A DNA stretch of 64,000 bases from Flavobacteriales bacterium. GTDB taxonomy: Bacteria; Bacteroidota; Bacteroidia; Flavobacteriales_F; PHOS-HE28. The stretch is taken from NCBI GenBank assembly GCA_019638115.1, contig JAHBUK010000001.1, positions 512,238-576,237 on the forward strand, written 5' to 3'. A program made the translations under genes and the position numbers. Below are positions 54,454-63,970 of the stretch, piece by piece; within the stretch, counting starts at the first letter, position 1, and every line of letters starts with the position of its first letter. The notes beneath the pieces were generated by a model. It worked only from the letters and a program-made list of their open reading frames with translations, searched no databases and was not told the DNA's origin.

Positions 54454-55017
54454 TCAATCAGCAATTCTTTGAAGCTCAACGGCGGCGTTACCCTGTCTCA
54501 AACGAATTCCATCGGTGCCGACCCACTCAACCTCGACGGTCGTTTGTCTCGGATCGATCGCATCAAGTATCGTCAGATCGTCTCGACGATAGTTGTACTC
54601 CGTCAGGATAAGGGAGCCCAATGGATCCATGAAATAGTCGTAGACGTTGCTCCCGTGCTCACTGAAATAGACCTGGAAAGGATGCTCGTACACCAACTTG
54701 CCCCAACCACTCATGGTAGCCTTGGCACTGTCCCCAACTACAATTCGTCGCCCTGGCTGGAGGACCGCTCCATGAATGATCATCTTACCATCCTGCACCA
54801 ACCAAACACCTGTCAATCGGCTCATGGCACCAAGATCAAAGAGCGATGTATCGTAGGTCATTCGAAACTCACGGCTCTTATGATCCTTCGAGACCAGAAC
54901 GGAATCTGGAAGGTTCGTCAAGGCTTCCCAAACCTTCTCACCAAGTTCAGCTTCCTGTCTTTCATTAGATGCACCGCATCCCTGAAGAAGCACTAGCGCT
55001 ATGAGTGCGTAGGTCAA
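54454..55017 (-). CDS. Hypothetical lipoprotein (~188 aa) in the low-GC islet, flanked by palindromic repeats on both sides
   Basis: Lipobox (R)LTYALIALVLLQGCGAS. The best start is a TTG at 55015-55017; the longer ORF to 55575 is just read-through across repeats and the ACAD 3' end. ~50% GC. Confidence 0.5.
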   Translation of the reverse strand: MTYALIALVLLQGCGASNERQEAELGEKVWEALTNLPDSVLVSKDHKSREFRMTYDTSLFDLGAMSRLTGVWLVQDGKMIIHGAVLQPGRRIVVGDSAKATMSGWGKLVYEHPFQVYFSEHGSNVYDYFMDPLGSLILTEYNYRRDDLTILDAIDPRQTTVEVEWVGTDGIRLRQGNAAVELQRIAD

Positions 55018-55091
55018 ACGAACCTTGAGCAGATCCGAATACCTGGCCCATTTCGAACTAAGATGTGCGCCATGTACAGTGTTCGAGCGAA

Positions 55092-55156
55092 CGACCCCAT
55101 GGGGGTCGCAGAGCTTAGAAACGTCACGAACAGGCATTTCGACCCCGGAGGGGTCG
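55092..55156. repeat. Two further GACCCC-N-GGGGTC palindromes upstream of the islet lipoprotein
   Basis: 55092-55108 CGACCCCATGGGGGTCG and 55140-55156 CGACCCCGGAGGGGTCG; both are followed by GCAGA. Confidence 0.75.
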
Positions 55157-55184
55157 CAGAACACCACTATGCGCTCTCCCGTTC

Positions 55185-56972
55185 TCACAGCTCGTATCCG
55201 TTGCGTGCGATGAAATGCGCGGCGATCGTGCGGCGCGTCTCCTTCAGGTCGTGCGGGGGCAGGCCGAGGAGGCGTGTGAGGGCCTTCACGGTCATGGCGG
55301 CCATGTCGCCCTGGGCACTGGCGTACACCACCTCGCGGGAGCAGCGGCGCAGCACCTCGGCGCTGTCGTGCATCAGCACGAGCACCATGGCGGCGGTGAT
55401 CGGCGCGGAGGGCTTGTCGCCGTGCTTGATGGCCCGCAGCAGCGCGCTCTCGAAGAGGTAGACCTGCGTGAGCATGTCCGCCAGTTCCATCAGCACTTCC
55501 TGTTCGTCCTTGATCGCCTCCTGGAAACGCTGCATGGCCTGCCCGGCGGCGAGGATGGTGACGGTCTTCGCGCACTGCAGGAAGGCGCGCTCCAGCCCGA
55601 AGGCCTCGCCGTTGTCGGTGGCGGGGTTCAGCTTGCCGCCTTGCAGGTCCTGGAACGCCTGCATGGCGGCGGGCATCAGGGCCACCTCGCCCTTCATGGC
55701 CTTGCGCAGCAGCGTGGTGGGCATCAGCAGGCGGTTGATCTCGTTGGTGCCCTCGTAGATGCGGTTGCCGCGGATGTTGCGGTACAGCGTGCTCACCTCG
55801 CTCTCAGCGCTGTAGCCCATGCCGCCGTGGATCTGCAGCGCTTCGTCCACCACAAGCTGCTCCATCTCGGAACCGTACACCTTGGTCATGGCGCACTCCA
55901 GCGCGAACTCGGCCACGCTGCGCTGTTTGGCCTCCAGCTCCGGCATGCCACCGGCGAGCATGTGCTCCAGCGCCTGATCCACCTGGTGGGCCGCACGGTT
56001 CCATGCGCTGTCGTTGGCGTAGATGCGCACGGCCATGTTGGCGATCTTCCGCTGGATGGCACCGAACGCGGCGATGGGTTTGCCGAACTGCACACGCTGG
56101 TTGGCATAGCGCACACCCAGTCCGAAGGCGCGCTTGGCGATGGCGCTGTTGGCCACTGCGATCTTGATGCGCCCGGCGTTCAGCGCGTTCATGGCGATCT
56201 TGAAGCCTTTGTCGCGCTCCCCGAGCAGGTTCTCCACGGGCACCTTCACATCCTCGAAGAAGACCTGCCGCGTGCTGCTGCCGTGGATGCCCAGCTTACG
56301 CTCCTCGGCGCCGAGCTTCACGCCGTACTCCTTGTGGACGATGAGGCACGAGAGGTTCTGGTCGTCCCCGATCTTGCAGAAGACGAAGAACACATCGGCG
56401 AAGCCCGAGTTGGTGATCCACATCTTCTGGCCGTTGAGCACGTAGTGGCTGCCATCGGCGCTAAGGACAGCGCGGGTGCGGGCGGCGTTGGCATCGCTGC
56501 CGCTGCCGGGTTCGGTAAGGCAGTAGCTGCACTTGATCTTCGCCGCGATGATGTCAGGCAGGTACTTCGCCTGCTGCTCGGGCGTGCCGTAGTAGAGCAC
56601 GGGATAGATGCCCAGGCCGGTGTGTACGCCGATGCTCTGCGCGAAGGCGAAGCTGTCCGAGGCGATCTCCCCGAAGGCCAGCTCGGTCTTGAAGTCGGCG
56701 CCGAGACCGCCGTACGCTTCGGGTACGCCGATGCCGTGGAAGCCCAGTTCGCCCATCTGTTCCAGCAGGCCCGGCGCGATGGTGGTGCCCTCCACGGTAT
56801 CGAACTTCTCCTTGATCGGCTCCACCTCCTTGTCGAGGAAGTCGCGCATGCTCTTGCGGAACATCAGCTGCTCCTCGGTGTAGTCTTCGGGAGTGAAGAT
56901 GTCCGCCGCGTCGCTGTCCTTGATGAGGAACTCGCCGCCTTTGACGGGGGATGTGGTTTGGGTGGTCGTCAT
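55185..56972 (-). CDS. Acyl-CoA dehydrogenase (long, ~595 aa, FadE-like with a C-terminal extension)
   Basis: CLTEPGSGSD, the catalytic region YEGTNEI and a ~200-aa C-terminal helical domain. Confidence 0.85.
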   Translation of the reverse strand: MTTTQTTSPVKGGEFLIKDSDAADIFTPEDYTEEQLMFRKSMRDFLDKEVEPIKEKFDTVEGTTIAPGLLEQMGELGFHGIGVPEAYGGLGADFKTELAFGEIASDSFAFAQSIGVHTGLGIYPVLYYGTPEQQAKYLPDIIAAKIKCSYCLTEPGSGSDANAARTRAVLSADGSHYVLNGQKMWITNSGFADVFFVFCKIGDDQNLSCLIVHKEYGVKLGAEERKLGIHGSSTRQVFFEDVKVPVENLLGERDKGFKIAMNALNAGRIKIAVANSAIAKRAFGLGVRYANQRVQFGKPIAAFGAIQRKIANMAVRIYANDSAWNRAAHQVDQALEHMLAGGMPELEAKQRSVAEFALECAMTKVYGSEMEQLVVDEALQIHGGMGYSAESEVSTLYRNIRGNRIYEGTNEINRLLMPTTLLRKAMKGEVALMPAAMQAFQDLQGGKLNPATDNGEAFGLERAFLQCAKTVTILAAGQAMQRFQEAIKDEQEVLMELADMLTQVYLFESALLRAIKHGDKPSAPITAAMVLVLMHDSAEVLRRCSREVVYASAQGDMAAMTVKALTRLLGLPPHDLKETRRTIAAHFIARNGYEL

Positions 56973-57249
56973 GGGAATTCGGTCGTTCCTGGGGTGAAGA
57001 AGGTGAAGGAAGTAAGGGAGGCGGGCGTAGTGCTTTCATTACCTCCCTCACCTCCCTTTCCATCCTCACCATGCGGGACGTTCATGCTTGGAAGATCGAA
57101 CCTTCCTTGAGTGAAGAATGGCAAGCGGCTGCGAGATGAGGGCATTTTACCTCCCTTGCCTCCCTCGCCTCCTTTACCTCCTTTACCTCCTTTACCAATG
57201 GACCCGCTCAGCCCATCGATCAACCGTTCGCTCATGGTAGGAAGTTTCA

Positions 57250-58053
57250 TCACAGGAACGATTTCAACACATTAGGCAAACCCATCTTGTCGTAGTTCAG
57301 GTGCTGGGCACCGTCCACGTAGAGGGTGATGCCAGTGATGTAGCTGGCGAGCGGACTGGCGAGGAAGCACACGGCGTTGGCGATGTCCTGCGGGTCGCCG
57401 AAACGCTTGAGGGGGATGGCCGCGCGTGCGGCATCGAACATCTCCTGCACCTGCGGTGGGTAGGTGCTGAGGCCCGACGATTCGATGATGCCCGGCGCCA
57501 CGCAGTTGAGGCGGATGTTGTGGCCGCTCCACTCCTGCGCGAGGGTCTTGGTCATGTTCTCCACGCCGGCCCGTGCCGCACCGGTGTGTACCATGCCGGG
57601 GAAGCCGCGCAGCATGTCCACCACGATGTTCACCACAGTGCCGTTGTTCTGCGGGATGAAGAAGGCCTTCGCCATGTCGCGTGTCATGAAGAAGGTGCCG
57701 TTGAGGTTGTTCTCGATCACGGCCTTCCAGCCCTTGTCGCTGATGTACTCGGCCAGCGCAGGGAACTGTCCGCCGGCGTTGTTCACCAGGATGTCCAGCC
57801 GGCCGTGCTTCTGCTTGATGTGCTCCACCAGCACGGCGATGCGCTCGGTGTCGCGGATGTCGCAGGCCAAGGCATCGCAGGGGCCGAAGGCGGACAGTTC
57901 CTGCTGCGCCTTCAGCAGTGGCTCCTCCTTGCGCGACACGATGATCACCGTGGCACCCAGCTGCAGCAGTTGCTTGGCGATGGCGTAGCCGATGCCGGAA
58001 CGGCCGCCTGTGACCAACGCTATTTTTCCCTGGAAGGTGGTTTCGTGGAACAT
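57250..58053 (-). CDS. SDR-family oxidoreductase (2,4-dienoyl-CoA-reductase-like)
   Basis: VTGGRSGIGYA, NNAG, and a modified catalytic tetrad. Confidence 0.8.
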   Translation of the reverse strand: MFHETTFQGKIALVTGGRSGIGYAIAKQLLQLGATVIIVSRKEEPLLKAQQELSAFGPCDALACDIRDTERIAVLVEHIKQKHGRLDILVNNAGGQFPALAEYISDKGWKAVIENNLNGTFFMTRDMAKAFFIPQNNGTVVNIVVDMLRGFPGMVHTGAARAGVENMTKTLAQEWSGHNIRLNCVAPGIIESSGLSTYPPQVQEMFDAARAAIPLKRFGDPQDIANAVCFLASPLASYITGITLYVDGAQHLNYDKMGLPNVLKSFL

Positions 58054-58086
58054 GGATGCCAGTTGTCCGTTGTCAGTTGTCAGTTG

Positions 58087-58962
58087 TCAGGGCGCCACCG
58101 TATCACGCAACGGGATGTTCAGCATGGCGCGCGTTTCGGCGATGGTGGCGGGTTCGCGGCCCATCATGCGCGCCAGCTTCACGCCCCATTCCACGCATTC
58201 GCCGTTGCTCTTGGCCATCTCGTTGTTGGGCAGGTAGAAATTGTCCTCCAGGCCCACGCGGAAGTTGCCGCCCATAGTGCAGGCGATGGCGGCCATCTGC
58301 CATTGCTTGCGGCTGATGGCGATCACCTGCCAGAACTCGCCCTTGGGCACTTGGCTGATCTGGTGCATGAGGTTCTCCGGCGTGGCGGGGATGCCGCCCA
58401 GCACGCCCATCACCAGGCTGTAGCAGGCGTTGGCGGGCAGCAGGCCCATCTCACGCAGCGGCTCGGCGTTGCGGATGTGGCCCGTGTCGAAGCACTCCAT
58501 CTCGGGCGTGATGCCGTTCTCGTTCATGCACTTCACCACCTCCATCATGGTGTCGAAGCTGTTCTCGAACACACCGTTCCAGAAGAACTGCTTGGCCTTC
58601 TTGCTGAAGATCGCGTAGTTCATGCTGCCCATGTTGAAGGCGGCCATGTCGGGCTTCGTGGCGGGCAGGTGCTTGATGCGATCGGCCGTGCTGAGGCCGA
58701 TGGCACCCGTGCTGTAGTTGATGATCACGTCCGGGTAACGCTCACGCACCTCTTTGCTGATGGCCTCGAAGACCTCCGTGCGCCAGCTGGGCATGCCGTT
58801 GTCCTCGCGGGCATGGATGTGTACGATGGCGGCCCCGGCGTCCACCGCACGCTTGGCCTCCTCGGCGATCTCCACCGGCGTGTAGGGTATGTGCGGGCAG
58901 TGGCTGCGGTTGGTGGCGGCCCCGGTGAGGGCGGCGCTGATGATGACCTTGTCGGTTGCCAT
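58087..58962 (-). CDS. BKACE family (3-keto-5-aminohexanoate cleavage enzyme-like, DUF849) beta-keto acid cleavage enzyme
   Basis: TIM-barrel signature VIISAALTGA…HIHARE…; family assignment by pattern. Confidence 0.7.
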   Translation of the reverse strand: MATDKVIISAALTGAATNRSHCPHIPYTPVEIAEEAKRAVDAGAAIVHIHAREDNGMPSWRTEVFEAISKEVRERYPDVIINYSTGAIGLSTADRIKHLPATKPDMAAFNMGSMNYAIFSKKAKQFFWNGVFENSFDTMMEVVKCMNENGITPEMECFDTGHIRNAEPLREMGLLPANACYSLVMGVLGGIPATPENLMHQISQVPKGEFWQVIAISRKQWQMAAIACTMGGNFRVGLEDNFYLPNNEMAKSNGECVEWGVKLARMMGREPATIAETRAMLNIPLRDTVAP

Positions 58963-59225
58963 TGGGATGGTTTCGTTGGGTGGTGACGGTCTCGTTAGTG
59001 GGTAGTAATGTGAAGATGTGAATATGAGAGGATGTGGCCTCGGCAGGACAGGACAAGGTTGGAATGTCCCAACTCATGGTGGGCACTACTGCACTTCAAT
59101 GCGATGGCTGGCTTACACTTCATCTCTTCTCTGCATTCACTCATTTCCACATCCTCTCATTCCCTCATTTCCACATCTCCTCTTCCCCCATTTCCACATC
59201 TCCACATTCTCTCATTTCCACATTC

Positions 59226-60044
59226 TCACTCCCCCGTCCACTTCGGAGCGCGCTTCTCGCGGAAGGCAGAGAGGCCCTCCATACCGTCCTTGGTGCCCAC
59301 GGTCTTCTGGAGCATCTGCAGCAGGTAGGCGTGTTGGGCTTCGGCGGGACGGATATGGTCGAAGGCTTCCAGGCCCATGCGGATGGCGGTGGGCGAGTTG
59401 GCCAGCAGTTCATCGAGGAGGCCCTGCACGGTGCCGTCGAGTTCGTCGCGCTTCACGCAGTGCGTCACCAGGCCCAGTTCCTGCGCGCGTTCCACGGGCA
59501 GATCGTAGCCGCGGATGCACCAGTCGATCACGGTGCGGGGCGGCATCACGTTCAGCAGGGCGGCCATCACCTGGTAGGGGAAAAGGCCACGCTTCACTTC
59601 GGGCAATCCGAAGCGCAGGCCCTCGGCGGCCACCACGTAGGTGCTACCCGCCAGGAAGAGGAACCCGCCCGCGAACACGTCACCGCCCACCTTGGCGATC
59701 ACCGGCTTGTACACCTTGTTGAAGAGCTCGCCGATGAGCACTTCGCCGTTGGGCGCAGGGATGGTGGAAGTGAAGTCCTTGTCTCCGCCCATGAAGGCTT
59801 TCAGATCTGCACCCGCGCAGAACACATCGCCCTTGGCCTCAAGCACCACGGCCCACACGCTCTTCTCGTACTTGGCATAGCTCATCGCGAAGGCCAGCTC
59901 GTTCACCATGTGCGGGTGAAGGGCGTTCTTCTTTTCGGCCCTGTTCAGGCGGATGGTGAGCACCTGCCCGCTCTGCTGCACCTCCAGGAAGGCGTAGGTC
60001 TCGGAGAGGGCGTTGGTGAGTTGGTCGGGGGAGTAGAGGGACAT
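59226..60044 (-). CDS. Enoyl-CoA hydratase/isomerase family protein (methylglutaconyl-CoA-hydratase-like)
   Basis: Crotonase fold (FCAGADLKAF, GGDVFAGGFLFLAGSTY). Confidence 0.8.
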   Translation of the reverse strand: MSLYSPDQLTNALSETYAFLEVQQSGQVLTIRLNRAEKKNALHPHMVNELAFAMSYAKYEKSVWAVVLEAKGDVFCAGADLKAFMGGDKDFTSTIPAPNGEVLIGELFNKVYKPVIAKVGGDVFAGGFLFLAGSTYVVAAEGLRFGLPEVKRGLFPYQVMAALLNVMPPRTVIDWCIRGYDLPVERAQELGLVTHCVKRDELDGTVQGLLDELLANSPTAIRMGLEAFDHIRPAEAQHAYLLQMLQKTVGTKDGMEGLSAFREKRAPKWTGE

Positions 60045-60235
60045 CGGGCAGTGGATTTCAACGCAGAGTCACAGAGGACGCAAAGGACGCGGAGCTATTG
60101 GGCGGATCATCAAGACCAAGAGCCGCTGAGGGTTCGCGCAAGCGCGAAGGCCATCGTGATTATTGGATCCGGCGGTGTGATCTGGCATCGTGTCAGGTCA
60201 TTTTCTGATCATCTGATCGTCTCATCTTCTGATCC

Positions 60236-62215
60236 TCACGTGCTCAGTTTCAACAACATCGTCCCCGCCTCCACGCTGCTGCCCTCGGTGGCGTACACCT
60301 CCTCCACCACACCTTCCTCGGCGGCGGAAACGGTGCTCTCCATCTTCATGGAACTGAGGACGAGCAGCCCATCGCCGGGCTTCACTTGCTGGCCCTTGAT
60401 CACCAGCACTTTCACCACCTGCGAGGGGATCGGTGCGGTGTAGCCGCCCTTCACGCGCTCGGCTTCCTTGCGGGGGAAACGCTCCTGCTCCACCAGCCGC
60501 AGCGGACCGGTGCGTTCACCCTGCACGAACCGTTCGTTGCCGCGCTCCACCACGTGCATGCGGTGCTGCAGGCCGTCCATCTCGAAACGGACCACATCGC
60601 CCTCCACGGCGCGCAACATCACCTCGTGGCGTGCTTCTCCGACCAACACCTCGAAGCGATCACCGAGGAAGCGGTAGCCCAGCGTCCAGCCTTCATCACT
60701 GGTGGTGTAGCCGATCTGCTGGTGGGCGTAGAAGCTGTTGCGCCAGCCGCTGGGCAGCGAACGCAGCAGTGTGCGGCCTTCCTCGCGCTGTTGCCAGCCC
60801 TTGAGCATGGCGGTGATGGAGGCCAGGTGCAGGGCTTCCGCAGTGGGCTGCAACGAAGCCAGGTCGAAGCGGTCGCGGATGAAGTGCGTGTCGTACTTGC
60901 CGGCCTGGAACTCGGGATGCTCCAGCAGTTTCAGCAGGAAGGCCTGGTTGGTGGTGGTGCCCAGGCACACCAAGTGGCGCAGCACATAGGCCATGCGGCG
61001 TTGCGCCGTGGTCCGGTCATCGCCCCACACCACCAGCTTGGCGATCATGGGGTCGTAGTGTACGGTGATGGCCGAGCCGCTCTCGATGGCGGTCTCCACG
61101 CGCAAACCGTCCACCTCTGGCCAACTGAAGCGCTCCACCGTGCCGGTCACAGGCATGAAGTCGTTGGAAGCGTCCTCGGCATACAAACGACATTCGATGG
61201 CGTAGCCCCTGCCCTTCACCTCCTCCTGCTTCACGCGCAGCGGCATACCCTGCGCGCTTTCGATCTGCAGTTGCACCAGGTCCAGCCCAGTGACCTCCTC
61301 GGTCACAGGGTGCTCCACCTGCAGGCGCGTGTTCACCTCCAGGAAGTAGAAGTCGCCGGTCTTGTCGTCGTAGATGAACTCCACGGTGCCGGCGTTGTCG
61401 TAACGCAGTGCTTTGGCGGCGTTCACGGCCACTTCACCCATGCGTGCGCGTAGGTCGTCCCCCATCACGGGCGAGGGGCTCTCCTCGATCACCTTCTGGT
61501 AGCGGCGCTGGATGGTACACTCGCGCTCCAACAGGTGGATGGCGTTGCCGTGCTGGTCGCCGAAGATCTGGAACTCGATGTGGCGGCCGCTGGCGATGTA
61601 CTTCTCCACGATCAGCTCATCGTCCCCGAAGGCGCTCTTCGCCTCGCGCTTGGCGGCATCGATCGCCGCCTGCACGCCGGCCGCTTCATGCACGATGCGC
61701 ATGCCCTTGCCACCGCCGCCCGCTGCGGCCTTCAGCAGCACGGGGAAACCCATGGCCGTGGCCTCCTTCACCAGCCGTTCGTTGCTCTGGTCCTCGCCCT
61801 GGTAGCCGGGCACCACGGGCACACCGGCCTGCTTCATCAGGGACTTGGCCTCGCTCTTGGAGCCCATGGCGCGGATCGCCTCGGGGTGCGGACCGATGAA
61901 AGCGATGCCCTCCCTGGCGCAACGCGTCGCGAAGGCGGCGTTCTCGCTGAGGAAACCGTAGCCCGGATGGATCGCATCGGCGCCGGTGCGTTTGGCCGCA
62001 GCGATGATCTTCTCCACATCGAGGTAGCTCTCGCTGGGCGCGCTTCCACCGAGGAAGACGGCCTCGTCCGCCTGGGCCACGAAGGGTGCATGGCGGTCGG
62101 CCTCGCTGTACACGGCGATGGCCTTGATGCCCATCTTCCGGCAGGTGCGGATCACCCGGCTGGCGATCTCGCCGCGGTTGGCGATGAGGATGGCGGTTAT
62201 CACGCGCGGTGTCAT
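60236..62215 (-). CDS. Biotin-dependent acyl-CoA carboxylase alpha subunit (biotin carboxylase + BCCP; 3-methylcrotonyl-CoA carboxylase alpha-like)
   Basis: ATP-grasp biotin carboxylase (ILIANRGEIA, GGGGKGMRIV), a central BT domain and a C-terminal biotinyl motif SMKME. The start is at MTPRVITAIL. Confidence 0.9.
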   Translation of the reverse strand: MTPRVITAILIANRGEIASRVIRTCRKMGIKAIAVYSEADRHAPFVAQADEAVFLGGSAPSESYLDVEKIIAAAKRTGADAIHPGYGFLSENAAFATRCAREGIAFIGPHPEAIRAMGSKSEAKSLMKQAGVPVVPGYQGEDQSNERLVKEATAMGFPVLLKAAAGGGGKGMRIVHEAAGVQAAIDAAKREAKSAFGDDELIVEKYIASGRHIEFQIFGDQHGNAIHLLERECTIQRRYQKVIEESPSPVMGDDLRARMGEVAVNAAKALRYDNAGTVEFIYDDKTGDFYFLEVNTRLQVEHPVTEEVTGLDLVQLQIESAQGMPLRVKQEEVKGRGYAIECRLYAEDASNDFMPVTGTVERFSWPEVDGLRVETAIESGSAITVHYDPMIAKLVVWGDDRTTAQRRMAYVLRHLVCLGTTTNQAFLLKLLEHPEFQAGKYDTHFIRDRFDLASLQPTAEALHLASITAMLKGWQQREEGRTLLRSLPSGWRNSFYAHQQIGYTTSDEGWTLGYRFLGDRFEVLVGEARHEVMLRAVEGDVVRFEMDGLQHRMHVVERGNERFVQGERTGPLRLVEQERFPRKEAERVKGGYTAPIPSQVVKVLVIKGQQVKPGDGLLVLSSMKMESTVSAAEEGVVEEVYATEGSSVEAGTMLLKLST

Positions 62216-62368
62216 GCGTATCGTGCTTTGAGGGACATCACGTCCGCTTGGAACTGGTTCACTGGTGGAAAGGTGGAAGGGTGCAAGAGTGCCGTGACGT
62301 GGCGCACTCTTGCACCTTTCCACTCTTCCACTGCTATAGTCTGCCTTCTGCTCATGGAACTCACTGGA

Positions 62369-63970
62369 TCACATGCGGAACACACCGTAGCCGTCGGTGC
62401 CTTGGAATGAACTGTTGTACACGATGGCCAGCGCCATGCCCAAGTAGTTACGGGTCTCGCGCGGGTCGATGATGCCATCATCCCACAGCTCGCTGGTGCT
62501 GTGCCAGGCATTGGCCTTCTTCTCGGCCTCCTGGATCAGCATGGCCTTGATCATCTGGCCCTGCTGCTCGTCGTACTCCCTGCCCGCAGCAGCCGCGCTC
62601 TGGCGTTGGATGATCTCCATCACACCGGCCATCTGCTCGCTGCCCATGACGCCGATCTTGCTGTTGGGGTACGCGAAGAGGAAGCGCGGGTGGTAGCTGC
62701 GGCCGTTCATGCCATAGTTGCCGGCGCCGTAGCTGCTGCCGATCATCAGCGCCAGGTGGGGCACGGTGCTGTTGCTCACCGCGTTGATCAGCTTGGCGCC
62801 ATGCTTGATGATGCCGCCCTCCTCGTAGGCCTTGCCCACCATGTAGCCGGTGGTGTTGTGCAGGAAGAGCAGCGGGATGTTGTTCTTGTTGCTGAGCTGG
62901 ATGAACTGCGTGCCCTTGTTGGCGCTCTCGCTGAAGATGACGCCGTTGTTCGCCAGGATGCCCACGGGATAGCCGTGGATCTTGGCCCAGCCGCACACCA
63001 TGGTGCCGCCGTACTCGGGCTTGAACTCGGTGAACTCGCTGCCGTCCACCACACGCATGATCAGCTCGCGCACATCGAAGGGCGTCTTCACGTTGGCAGG
63101 CACCACGCTCAGGATCTCCTCCGGATCGAACTTCGGTTCGGCGATGGGGCCCTGCGGCACCAGTTGCGATGCATCCACGCGCACCCACTGCATCAGCTCG
63201 CGGGCGATGCGGATGCCGTCCAGTTCATCTTCGGCGAGGTAATCGCTCACGCCTGACACGCGGCTGTGCATCTCGGCGCCGCCCAGTTCCTCATCGGTGC
63301 TCTCCTCGTTGGTGGCCATCTTCACCAACGGCGGACCGGCCAGGAAGACCTTGGCGGCCTTCTTCTGGAAGATGGCGAAGTCGCTCATGCCCGGCACGTA
63401 GGCCCCGCCGGCCGTGGCATTGCCGAATACGACACTGATCGTCGGCAGGCCCATCTTGCTGCGCTGCGTGATCTGCCTGAACGTCTCGCCGCCGTAGTTG
63501 AAGACCTTGTCCTGGTCGGTGAGGTTGGCGCCGCCGCTCTCCACCATGTTGATCGTGGGCAGGCGGTTCTCCTCGGTGATCTTGCCGATGCGCAGGGCTT
63601 TCAGCAATGTCGCCTGATCCACCGAGCCGCCCTTGCGCGTACCCACGTTGGCGTTGATCATGCACAGCTTGCCTTGCACGATGCCGATGCCGCTCACGTT
63701 GGTGCCGCCCGCGCCGAAACCGCCCTTCACGCCCATACCTGCGAGTGGCAGTAGTTCCAGGAAAGGGCTGTCGCGGTCCAGCAGCAGTTCGATGCGTTCG
63801 CGGGCCAGGAGCTTGCCGCGCTTGCGGGCCTTCTCCAGCGTTTCGGGCTTGCCTTGGAAGCGGCTCTCCTCCATGTGGCCGCCGAGCTTCTCCAGCAGCT
63901 TCAACATCTCCGCGCGGTTGGCACGGGCGCTCTCGGCGGCGGTGTTCACGGTGCTGTGCAGGACGGGCAT
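62369..63970 (-). CDS. Acyl-CoA carboxylase carboxyltransferase (beta) subunit (3-methylcrotonyl-CoA carboxylase beta-like)
   Basis: Tandem carboxyltransferase domains (ESGGANL, NATAGGAYVPGMSD, SYGAGNYGM). Confidence 0.9.
   Translation of the reverse strand: MPVLHSTVNTAAESARANRAEMLKLLEKLGGHMEESRFQGKPETLEKARKRGKLLARERIELLLDRDSPFLELLPLAGMGVKGGFGAGGTNVSGIGIVQGKLCMINANVGTRKGGSVDQATLLKALRIGKITEENRLPTINMVESGGANLTDQDKVFNYGGETFRQITQRSKMGLPTISVVFGNATAGGAYVPGMSDFAIFQKKAAKVFLAGPPLVKMATNEESTDEELGGAEMHSRVSGVSDYLAEDELDGIRIARELMQWVRVDASQLVPQGPIAEPKFDPEEILSVVPANVKTPFDVRELIMRVVDGSEFTEFKPEYGGTMVCGWAKIHGYPVGILANNGVIFSESANKGTQFIQLSNKNNIPLLFLHNTTGYMVGKAYEEGGIIKHGAKLINAVSNSTVPHLALMIGSSYGAGNYGMNGRSYHPRFLFAYPNSKIGVMGSEQMAGVMEIIQRQSAAAAGREYDEQQGQMIKAMLIQEAEKKANAWHSTSELWDDGIIDPRETRNYLGMALAIVYNSSFQGTDGYGVFRM

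Noticed and set aside
54045-54996. ORFs 54045-54479(-) and 54367-54996(+) spanning the palindromic repeat array (they translate as repeated CDPSGV/DPGGV)
   Set aside because: Each repeat unit is its own reverse complement with variable loops, which points to DNA/RNA-level hairpins rather than a peptide repeat. The plus-strand ORF lacks a signal and overlaps the better-supported minus-strand lipoprotein gene.
54076-55156. Possible CRISPR array
   Set aside because: The repeats are short (15-19 nt) self-complementary palindromes with variable centres and irregular spacing, not identical direct repeats separated by unique spacers. No cas genes are nearby.
56969-57253. 94-aa ORF encoding Gly-Lys-Gly-Gly-Glu-rich peptide (GKGGKGGKGGEGG…)
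   Set aside because: It lies entirely in a purine/pyrimidine low-complexity intergenic repeat between the SDR and ACAD genes. It has no start context and no conservation expected. It is treated instead as part of the intergenic repeat element.
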